Below are positions 8,343-15,478 of a stretch of 64,000 nt of DNA, one piece after another (the stretch's first letter is position 1; each line of letters begins with the position of its first letter). Made by a program: the position numbers and the translations under genes. The stretch covers positions 979-64,978 of the forward strand of contig JBIOJM010000008.1 in assembly GCA_044450785.1 (NCBI GenBank), read 5' to 3'. Under the pieces are notes generated by a model, which did not search any database, had not been told where the DNA came from, and saw only the letters and a program-made list of their open reading frames with translations. The DNA is from Isosphaerales bacterium (lineage in GTDB: Bacteria; Planctomycetota; Planctomycetia; Isosphaerales; Isosphaeraceae).

Positions 8343-8876
8343 ATGTCCAATGATTCGTCCAGGGACACCAGGCGGGACCTACTGACCGCGGCGAGTGCGA
8401 TCGGGCTTGGTGCCTTCGTGTCCGAGACGGTGAAGGCGGCCGCTCAGGATGACGCGCGGCTGGTCCGATCGAAGAAGGCCAGCGAGGAAGCCGTCGTCGG
8501 GAATAACGTCGTCAAATCCGCCGATTACAACGAAGCGAAAAACCATTCGCTCATCCAGGTGATCGAACACGTATTCAAGGAGGACGAAGACCCGGCCGCG
8601 GGTTACCCGGTGACGAGGGTCAAGGAATTCAAGGTCAGGGCGGATACGAAGCTGGCCATCGTCACCGTCAGCGGCTTCGAGTTCTGGTTTGGGACCAAAG
8701 AGCAGGAGATCATGATCGGCGCGTCCAGGAAGGGCGTCCATGCCGCTTTGGAGGCCGAGCTCGGTCGTGGCACTTTGACCGTGAAAGTTCGTGCGAACTC
8801 GAGGCGCTCCGGCAGACCTGACCATGAATGGACATGGCGGTGCCACGTCATGGTCCAGTGCTTCGGCGAGCGTTGA
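8343..8876 (+). CDS. Tat-signal secreted protein of unknown function, paralog B
   Basis: MSNDSSRDTRRDLLTAASAIGLGAFVSETVKA is a twin-arginine signal. 177 aa, the same length as paralog A. Confidence 0.7.
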   Translation: MSNDSSRDTRRDLLTAASAIGLGAFVSETVKAAAQDDARLVRSKKASEEAVVGNNVVKSADYNEAKNHSLIQVIEHVFKEDEDPAAGYPVTRVKEFKVRADTKLAIVTVSGFEFWFGTKEQEIMIGASRKGVHAALEAELGRGTLTVKVRANSRRSGRPDHEWTWRCHVMVQCFGER

Positions 8877-9033
8877 TCGTTGCGATAACGAGACCAAGAT
8901 TACCGACGCTGGGCTGGTGCATTTGAAGGGGCTGAAGGGCCTTCGGTATCTCGATATCGGAAGAACACAAGTCACCGCAGCGGGGATTAAAGGGCTAAAG
9001 CAGGCTTTGCCGAGCCTGGAGATTTTCCATTGA
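8875..9033 (+). pseudogene. C-terminal fragment of a leucine-rich-repeat protein
   Basis: DNETKITDAGLVHLKGLKGLRYLDIGRTQVTAAGIKGLKQALPSLEIFH*. There is no start codon, and the frame begins at the stop codon of paralog B. Confidence 0.55.
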
Positions 9034-9086
9034 TTTGACACCCCTCCAGACAGGTCAGAAGCGTTCCCGATGTGTAAAGCCTGGAG

Positions 9087-9148
9087 TATCGTTGGCGTGG
9101 ACAGACGGGCGCGGGACGATGTTTCCGCCTAGAACGTGTGAACTAGAG
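9087..9148 (+). repeat. copy A of a ~60-nt direct repeat
   Basis: Core gttggcgtggacagacgggcgcgggacgatg (9091-9121) matches 10128-10158 at 28 of 31 positions. Similarity continues to ...ctagag. Confidence 0.7.
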
Positions 9149-9182
9149 ATCAGAGTTTTTAATTGAGCATGTGGTTCCGGCC

Positions 9183-9659
9183 ATGCGACTTCCCCACGTG
9201 CGGTTCACGATCCGGAGTCTGATGATCGCGGTCGCGATCGTGGCCGGCCTGCTCTCCCTCCCCACCGGTTGGGCCGTGATTGTGATCGCGTTGTCGCTCC
9301 CGTGCCTCGCCCTGATCGGCGCTCGGTGGCTCGTATTGAGAGGCTATCGGCGCGTCTCCGCGTTCGGCTTTTGCGTCTTCGCGACCTTGATCAACGTCTT
9401 GTACGCCGCTTCATGCATTGCACCGGATGTTTACGTTTTCATTCCCTTCTTTCTTGGGTTGGTCATTGTCGGCCCGACCATCGGCGGCATCGGGGCGGCC
9501 TGGGCCACTCTGGCGACCCGGGAGGGCGCGGTGCCGCGGCGCTCGCCGCTGGCGGCTTGGTGGTCGGTTATCGCCGTCAGCGTGACGCCGCTCGTGACGC
9601 TTTGGACCTTATGGCCGCTCCACCTGGCCTTTGCGGCGGTGGGAAAGTGGAATGGATGA
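9183..9659 (+). CDS. hypothetical multi-pass membrane protein
   Basis: MRLPHVRFTIRSLMIAVAIVAGLL N-terminus followed by several hydrophobic spans. The ORF track gives a GTG start at 9171. Confidence 0.65.
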   Translation: MRLPHVRFTIRSLMIAVAIVAGLLSLPTGWAVIVIALSLPCLALIGARWLVLRGYRRVSAFGFCVFATLINVLYAASCIAPDVYVFIPFFLGLVIVGPTIGGIGAAWATLATREGAVPRRSPLAAWWSVIAVSVTPLVTLWTLWPLHLAFAAVGKWNG

Positions 9660-10108
9660 TCCAGGGACGACCCTTGACGGCCAAGCCCACCGAGGGCGCT
9701 CACATGAGGCAAATTGGTCCATACCAGTTGCGAGTCCGGACGCTTCTCTTCATCCCCGCCATCCTGGGACTATCGTGGTGGCTAGCCGTCCAAGCGGTCG
9801 AGTCGGACATTCGTCGCGAAGATTACCATCAGCTAGCGGCGATGCATGAAAAAGAGGCGTTGTCTTGTCAGATGATTGCGGAGTCCCCTATCCCAGATAC
9901 CATCGTGGACTACACGCTCGGGGGACCTGATCGACGCTGTAGCGGGCGGGATCGTCCCATGAGCGAGGCCGAGAAGATGGAAGCGATACGCCTCCGCGAG
10001 CGAGCCCGTCGTCGTGCCGCCTATCATCACGCCTTGAAACGAAAGTACGCCTGGGCGGCTTGGTTCCCGTGGTTTCCGCTCGCAGCGGACCCTTCCCAAC
10101 CCGAATGA
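9656..10108 (+). CDS. hypothetical membrane-anchored protein
   Basis: This is the distal part of track ORF 9269..10108. ATG 9656 overlaps the upstream stop in an ATGA; ATG 9704 (MRQIGPYQLRVRTLLFIPAILGLSWWL) is an alternative start. Confidence 0.6.
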   Translation: MIQGRPLTAKPTEGAHMRQIGPYQLRVRTLLFIPAILGLSWWLAVQAVESDIRREDYHQLAAMHEKEALSCQMIAESPIPDTIVDYTLGGPDRRCSGRDRPMSEAEKMEAIRLRERARRRAAYHHALKRKYAWAAWFPWFPLAADPSQPE

Positions 10109-10123
10109 GCGCAACGTCTGGCC

Positions 10124-10184
10124 TATAGTTGGCGTGGACACTCGGGCGTGGGACGATGGGGAAACCTGGAACGGGTGGCTAGAG
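10124..10184 (+). repeat. copy B of the ~60-nt direct repeat
   Basis: See copy A. The offset is 1037 nt, so the two copies bracket the 9183..10108 gene pair. Confidence 0.7.
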
Positions 10185-10240
10185 ACGAAGCGTTGTGCCG
10201 TGTGAGCCAGACGACGGATCGTCTGAGCCACCAGGTAAAC

Positions 10241-10561
10241 TCAGACAAAGAAAAGGCTCGCCATGATTGACCAAGGGAAAACGCCTCCTCGTCGAAACGA
10301 CTGGAAGAAGCAGACGACCTTGCCGTCCTTGGCATACGCGGGCATCCCGTACCAGAGCCTCGGCGAGAGGGCTGGCGCGCTGGCTTTGATGATCGCATGG
10401 AGCCGCTCGCCCATGGCGCGATCCGGTTCCGGCATCTCGGCGATCTTCGCGAGCACGGCGCTTTCCCCGTCCGCCTCGTCCGCGCGCGGGCCGGGGCGCG
10501 TGGCCGCCTTCTTCGCGGCCTGCTTGGTGGTGCTCTTGGCGCTTCGGATATTTTCAGTCAT
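10241..10561 (-). CDS. DUF1801/YdhG-like protein, C-terminally disrupted (probable pseudogene)
   Basis: [46 protein letters not shown] is typical of the family. The expected continuation ([21 protein letters not shown]) is in another frame after an apparent ~18-codon loss. Confidence 0.5.
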   Translation of the reverse strand: MTENIRSAKSTTKQAAKKAATRPGPRADEADGESAVLAKIAEMPEPDRAMGERLHAIIKASAPALSPRLWYGMPAYAKDGKVVCFFQSFRRGGVFPWSIMASLFFV

Positions 10562-10908
10562 TTTTCGCTCCCTTTCGTCATCTGCTTCTGAAGACGCTGG
10601 AGGTGGTCATCCCAGAACCGCTCGTAATGCGCGATCCAGTCCCGCACCGGACCGAGCCGCGCCGGGACGAGGCGAAAGCGGCGCTCTCGGCCATGCCGCT
10701 GCTCCGTCACGAGACCGGCATCAAGCAGGATGCGGAGGTGCTGGGAGACGGCTGGGCGGCTCATCTGGAAATGTCCCGCAATCGTGTTAAGAGAATCCGC
10801 CGCATCCCGGCGTTCCAACTCTGGACGCCGGCGAGAAAAAGTTCTAACGGTGTCCAGTCGCCTCGACTCTTGCTGTTGTGATTGAACCGTCCACTCGGCT
10901 TTTGTCAT
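10558..10908 (-). CDS. ArsR/SmtB-family transcriptional regulator
   Basis: [32 protein letters not shown] and tail [19 protein letters not shown]. Start chosen at M35 (10908), because the track start 11010 would leave only 14 bp to the divergent gene. Confidence 0.65.
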   Translation of the reverse strand: MTKAEWTVQSQQQESRRLDTVRTFSRRRPELERRDAADSLNTIAGHFQMSRPAVSQHLRILLDAGLVTEQRHGRERRFRLVPARLGPVRDWIAHYERFWDDHLQRLQKQMTKGSEK

Positions 10909-11024
10909 TTCTTCTTTAGTGAAATTCGGCCCCTGATCCGCTTCCTGCTTCGCCCCGCCGATTGCGAGTCGCCACACCTCGTGTTTTTCGGTTACGATAG
11001 AAAAAGTCACAGGGAGCGTTTGTC

Positions 11025-11615
11025 ATGGCAGAAGCAGCGGTCGAACCGATCGGTTGGGAAAGGGCGCTCATGGCAGCGGAAAAGGTCAAAGAGCGACTGC
11101 GCAGGGCAACCCGCGCGCTCGACGCGGCCGGCGTACCTTACGCCGTCGCCGGTGGCAACGCCGTCGCCGAGTGGGTCGCCCGGGTTGACGAGGATGCCGT
11201 CCGCAATACTCGCGACGTCGATATCATGATCCGGCGTCCTGACTTTCCCGCGGCAAGAGCCTGTCTTGAAGCGGTCGGGTTTATTTATTACGAGCTCCTC
11301 GACATCGATACCTTCATCGACGGGCCGCAGGGCAAACCGAGTGGCGGAATCCATCTCCTCTACGCCGGTGAGAAAGTTCGGCGGGCCGACGACTACAATT
11401 TACCCGAAATCGAACAATCGGAACGAGCCATCGAATTTCAAGTGGCCACCCTCGAAGCATTGGTGCGGATGAAGTTGATCGCCTGGCGCGACAAGGACCG
11501 CACTCACCTTCGCGACTTGATCGGCGTCGGTCTTCTTGACGCGACCTGGCCCGCCCGCTTGCCGGCACCGCTCGGTGCTCGCTTGCAGCAATTGCTCGAT
11601 GACCCGAACGGTTGA
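11025..11615 (+). CDS. nucleotidyltransferase-fold protein
   Basis: AVAGGNAVAEWV...RDVDIMI fits the G[GS]-x9-13-DxD minimal nucleotidyltransferase signature. 196 aa. Confidence 0.55.
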   Translation: MAEAAVEPIGWERALMAAEKVKERLRRATRALDAAGVPYAVAGGNAVAEWVARVDEDAVRNTRDVDIMIRRPDFPAARACLEAVGFIYYELLDIDTFIDGPQGKPSGGIHLLYAGEKVRRADDYNLPEIEQSERAIEFQVATLEALVRMKLIAWRDKDRTHLRDLIGVGLLDATWPARLPAPLGARLQQLLDDPNG

Positions 11616-12191
11616 TACGCAAGGCTTGGGCGCTATCGGGCCGCAAACGCGCACCGTTCTTGGTCTCTTGCCGGCCCATGCTATTTGACGCTCGCCGGAT
11701 TGATGATCCGCGGATAGAATCGCGATTTGCTGAAACACGGAGAGCGTTCAACTGCCGCTGTTGGCCGCGTGGCCTGCACGTTGTCCTCGGTCACAAGCTC
11801 GTGCATGCTCGTTGCCGGCTGCGAAAGCGATTCGAATCACAGTCGCCCGGTGTCCGCACATCAGGCTGAAAGAAGTTCGTTTGACGCAAACTAGAGCGAA
11901 GGTGGCCTCAGGCCTTTCCGCGGACGGGCAGCGTCCAGAACGCTCCATTGTTGCGTCACATGAGCCGCGCGTGCAATTCCCGCCGCCTCCACTTCAGGGC
12001 CGCTTGCGACAAGTCGCAAGGGGCCATCTTTGAGCGGTAACCCGCTCTTGAACCACGCCCCAGAAACCACCCAGGAACCGACAGAACCCCAAACACCGTC
12101 AGGTTCCTGCTCAGCAGGCGATTGACCACTCCGGTCGGGCGGGACAACAATCGAACAAGAGAATCTTCGCTCAAAGGAGAGGAGCCGCTCG

Positions 12192-13025
12192 ATGCCCTCA
12201 CCCTTCCCTGGAATGGACCCGTACCTCGAAAGCCCGGACTGGTTTCCAGACCTCCATGACGGGATGATCTTCAGTATCAAGGAGGGACTTCAAGCTCTTC
12301 TGCCCAGGTCCTACTATGCCCGGTCCCGCCAGCGCGTCTGGCTTGGTCTGGAACATCGGGACCATGTCGAGCCGGACGTGGACGTCGTCCGATCCGGAGG
12401 CGCGAAGCCACGCCGGAGGCGGCGCGATACCGACGCCGGAGGCGTCGCCGTTGCCGAACCGGTCACGAGCGGGCCCGTCGTCGTCAGAGTCGGGAGGATC
12501 ATGGGTGACCCGGAACATGAGCCTTTCCTCGAGATCCATCGCCGCCAGGGGCCTGACGACGTCGTCGTCGCCATTGTCGAGATCCTCAGCCCGTCCAACA
12601 AGACTCCAGGGGACCATGGCCGCAACGTTTACGTGGCCAAACAGCAAGAAACCTTGTTCTCGCAGGTTCACCTGATCGAGATCGACCTGCTTCGCGCCGG
12701 CACGCACGTGACAGCCGTCCCGCTCGACCTGGCGCTTGCCGAGGCTGGCTCGTTTGATTATCACGTTTGTGTCCATCGATCCGATCAATTCACGGATTTC
12801 TTCGTCTACCCGATCAAGCTCGAGTCGAAATTGCCGGTGATCGCCGTCCCGCTCCTGCCGGGCGACCCAGCAGTCGCACTGGATCTCCAAGCCGCCTTCG
12901 ACCGGGCTTACGACGCAGGTCCCTACGACCGCGCGGTCCATTACGACATGGTCACGGTCGAGCCGCCGCTACGACCTGATCAGCGGGAATGGGTCAAGGC
13001 TCGGCTCGTCGCTGACCAAGTCTGA
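12192..13025 (+). CDS. DUF4058-family protein (PD-(D/E)xK nuclease-like fold)
   Basis: MPSPFPGMDPYLE N-terminus and IVEILSPSNK core. AGGAGAGGAG lies upstream of the ATG. Confidence 0.75.
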   Translation: MPSPFPGMDPYLESPDWFPDLHDGMIFSIKEGLQALLPRSYYARSRQRVWLGLEHRDHVEPDVDVVRSGGAKPRRRRRDTDAGGVAVAEPVTSGPVVVRVGRIMGDPEHEPFLEIHRRQGPDDVVVAIVEILSPSNKTPGDHGRNVYVAKQQETLFSQVHLIEIDLLRAGTHVTAVPLDLALAEAGSFDYHVCVHRSDQFTDFFVYPIKLESKLPVIAVPLLPGDPAVALDLQAAFDRAYDAGPYDRAVHYDMVTVEPPLRPDQREWVKARLVADQV

Positions 13026-13092
13026 ACGATCCATCGATCCACCCACAGTCACTGCGCCGTCATCTCACCGCTTTAACCCCTTGGTTTTCAGA

Positions 13093-13920
13093 ATGAATGC
13101 TCCGAGTCAGGTCGAAACGACAGTCGCGGCTGAATCAATGGCGGGCCCGCCCCAGGCCGGCGGGTCCACCGCGATCGACAAGTCGGACCAGCGGGTGCGG
13201 CGGATGTTCGCATCGATCGCGCGACGGTACGACTTCCTGAACCATCTACTCAGCCTGAACGTCGATCGGCACTGGCGGACCTTCACGACCCGGGTTGCGG
13301 CTCCCGAGCCGGGTTGGCCTGTGCTCGACTGCTGCACCGGGACGGCCGACCTGGCCCTGGCATACGACCGCGCCGGCGGGGGGCAATCTCGGATTATCGG
13401 GACCGACTTCTGCCGCGAGATGCTCCTCCTGGGCCATGCCAAGGTCCGGAAGGCGAAGGCGGCCAGTCGGATCACGCTCGTGGCGGGTGACGCCCAGCGC
13501 TTGCCGTTGCCGAGTGACACCTTCAGCGTCGTGAGCGTGGCCTTCGGCCTGCGCAACGTCCGGGACACGGTCCGCGGCGTCGACGAGATGATCCGCGTCG
13601 CCCGGCCGGGCGGCAAGGTCGCGATCCTGGAGTTCTCCCGTCCTCGCGGACGGTTCCTGGGCGGACTCTATCTGGCGTTCTTCCGCCATCTGCTCCCCCG
13701 GATCGGCCAGGCATTGGCTCCCAACGAGAACGGGGCTTACGACTATCTGCCCCGGAGCGTCCTGGAATTTCCGGATGGCCAGGCGATGCTCGACCTCCTG
13801 GCCGCGCGCGGGTTGACCGAGCTAGAGCACTACCCGTTGACCCGCGGAATCGCCACTCTCTACGTCGGGACCAAGCCAGCGCCGCTCCCCGCGTCGGGCT
13901 CGGAGGAGCCGATCGGATGA
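13093..13920 (+). CDS. menG: demethylmenaquinone / ubiquinone-menaquinone C-methyltransferase (UbiE/MenG)
   Basis: VRRMFASIARRYDFLNHLLSLNVDRHWR...VLDCCTGTADLA...VSVAFGLRNV...PGGKVAILEFSRP. The track gives a TTG start at 13081. Confidence 0.85.
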   Translation: MNAPSQVETTVAAESMAGPPQAGGSTAIDKSDQRVRRMFASIARRYDFLNHLLSLNVDRHWRTFTTRVAAPEPGWPVLDCCTGTADLALAYDRAGGGQSRIIGTDFCREMLLLGHAKVRKAKAASRITLVAGDAQRLPLPSDTFSVVSVAFGLRNVRDTVRGVDEMIRVARPGGKVAILEFSRPRGRFLGGLYLAFFRHLLPRIGQALAPNENGAYDYLPRSVLEFPDGQAMLDLLAARGLTELEHYPLTRGIATLYVGTKPAPLPASGSEEPIG

Positions 13921-14618
13921 CTCGCTCCGGTTCCTCCGGTCCCCACGACTTGGTCCTCGCGATGACAGGCGCCAGCGGCGCGCCCTACGCGCTGCGCCTC
14001 CTGCAGGTCCTCAGCCGGGCGGGCCGCACGATCCACTTCTCGATCAGTCCCGGCGGCGCCCAGGTGCTCGGAGCGGAGCTGGGCCTGGAAGTCTCCCTCG
14101 ACCGGTTCGATCCCTCCGTCTTCGGCGACCTCGGGGCCGGCCGCCTTGTGTATCATCATTACCAGGATTTCACCGCGGGGATCGCCAGTGGCTCGTTCCT
14201 GACCGGCGGGATGATCATCATCCCGTGCAGCATGAGCACGCTCGGCTCCATCGCGGGCGGAACGTCCACCAACCTGATCACGCGCGCAGCCGACGTCCAT
14301 CTCAAGGAACGTCGCAAGCTGATCCTGGTCCCTCGGGAAACGCCCCTCTCGCTCATCCATCTCGAAAACATGGTGAAAGTCACGCGGGCCGGCGCCGTCG
14401 TCCTTCCGGCAATGCCCGGGTGGTATCACCGCCCCCGGCGACTCGACGACTTGATCGACTTCGTTGTCGCTCGCATCGCCGACCAGCTCGGCATCCCCGG
14501 CAGCCTCACCCCGCGCTGGGGAAACGACACCGAGCGTGATCCGCTCGAAGAAACCCATCATTGGGATGCCTCGATCGACCTGGACGAGACGGACCCCGAA
14601 CCGATCGAAGGAATCTGA
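13917..14618 (+). CDS. ubiX: UbiX-family flavin prenyltransferase (proposed MqnM role)
   Basis: LAMTGASGAPYALRLLQVL...IIPCSMSTLGSIAGGTSTNLITRAADVHLKERRKLILVPRETPLS. 4-nt overlap with menG. Confidence 0.85.
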   Translation: MTRSGSSGPHDLVLAMTGASGAPYALRLLQVLSRAGRTIHFSISPGGAQVLGAELGLEVSLDRFDPSVFGDLGAGRLVYHHYQDFTAGIASGSFLTGGMIIIPCSMSTLGSIAGGTSTNLITRAADVHLKERRKLILVPRETPLSLIHLENMVKVTRAGAVVLPAMPGWYHRPRRLDDLIDFVVARIADQLGIPGSLTPRWGNDTERDPLEETHHWDASIDLDETDPEPIEGI

Positions 14619-14622
14619 GCCG

Positions 14623-15477
14623 ATGTCGAGAGACCAGGGCGCCTCCGCTTCTCGATCTCGCCCGGTGGTTCTGATCACCGGCGCCTCGGCCGGCCTGGGC
14701 GCGGCCCTGGCGCGAGAGCTCGTCCGCCGAAAAAAAGCGAGCGCGCTCGTGCTGACGGCCCGACGCGGCGATCGTCTCGAGCAGTTAGCCATGGAATTAC
14801 GGCCTCTCCAGGCCGGCCTGGAAATCTTGACGGTCACGGCCGACCTGGCCGACCCCGCGACGCCGCAACGCCTCGTGACCGAGTCGGTCGGCCGATTCGG
14901 AGGGATCGATGTGCTGATTAACAACGCCGGCCTCGGCTTACCGACCTTGTTCGGCGGCGCCCTACCCGAGCTCCTGGCTCGCCAGCTCGCGGTCAACCTC
15001 ACAGCCCCTCTGATGCTGACCCGTCTCTGCTTGCCCGCCTTGATCGAACGCCAGGGGATGATCATCAACATCGGCTCGGCCATCACTTGCGTCGCCAACT
15101 CGGCCCTGGGAGCCTACGGCGCCACCAAGGCGGCCCTCGCCTACTGGAACGACGCTTTGCGCCGCGAGCTTGACTCGACCGGTGTCACGGTCTGCCTGGT
15201 CGAGCCCGGTCCGTTCAACACCGAATTCATGGACGCACTCGGCTCGCTTGTGTCTGCCGGGGGGCGTCCCCACCCGATCCTGGACAACACCGCTCCCTGG
15301 ATGACCGCCAGCGTCGAGGAAGTCGCCCGCCGGACGGTCCGCTTGCTCGACCGTCCCCGGCGGCGGCTCTCGGTCACGCGGCGGTTCGTCTGGTCATTTC
15401 GGCTCTTGGGTGCCGTCCTTCGCCTGTGTCCGCCGCTGGGAGACCGGTTGGTGAGGTTGATGCAGGGGGAAAGCTAG
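14623..15477 (+). CDS. short-chain dehydrogenase/reductase (SDR)
   Basis: TGASAGLG (TGxxxGxG), NNAG, and YGATKAA (YxxxK). It starts 5 nt after ubiX and ends 1 nt before the ubiA-family gene. Confidence 0.85.
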   Translation: MSRDQGASASRSRPVVLITGASAGLGAALARELVRRKKASALVLTARRGDRLEQLAMELRPLQAGLEILTVTADLADPATPQRLVTESVGRFGGIDVLINNAGLGLPTLFGGALPELLARQLAVNLTAPLMLTRLCLPALIERQGMIINIGSAITCVANSALGAYGATKAALAYWNDALRRELDSTGVTVCLVEPGPFNTEFMDALGSLVSAGGRPHPILDNTAPWMTASVEEVARRTVRLLDRPRRRLSVTRRFVWSFRLLGAVLRLCPPLGDRLVRLMQGES

Positions 15478-15478
15478 G

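Larger units (their letters stand above)
7712..8876 (+). repeat. tandem duplication, ~604-bp unit, each unit carrying one Tat-signal ORF
   Basis: Offset is exactly 604 nt (ATG 7739 vs 8343). The upstream leaders are also homologous. 7919-8085 vs 8523-8689 differ at only 2 positions, while the flanks are clearly more diverged. Confidence 0.85.

Noticed and set aside
1-8876. Complete prophage.
   Set aside because: No capsid, portal, large terminase, tail or lysis genes are recognisable. The content fits a small integrative or satellite-type element, not a full phage.
9269-9655. Proximal part of the 279-aa ORF 9269..10108.
   Set aside because: It overlaps the membrane-protein gene 9183..9659 in another frame and is Arg-rich nonsense. 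Only the distal part, from 9656 or 9704, looks like a real protein.
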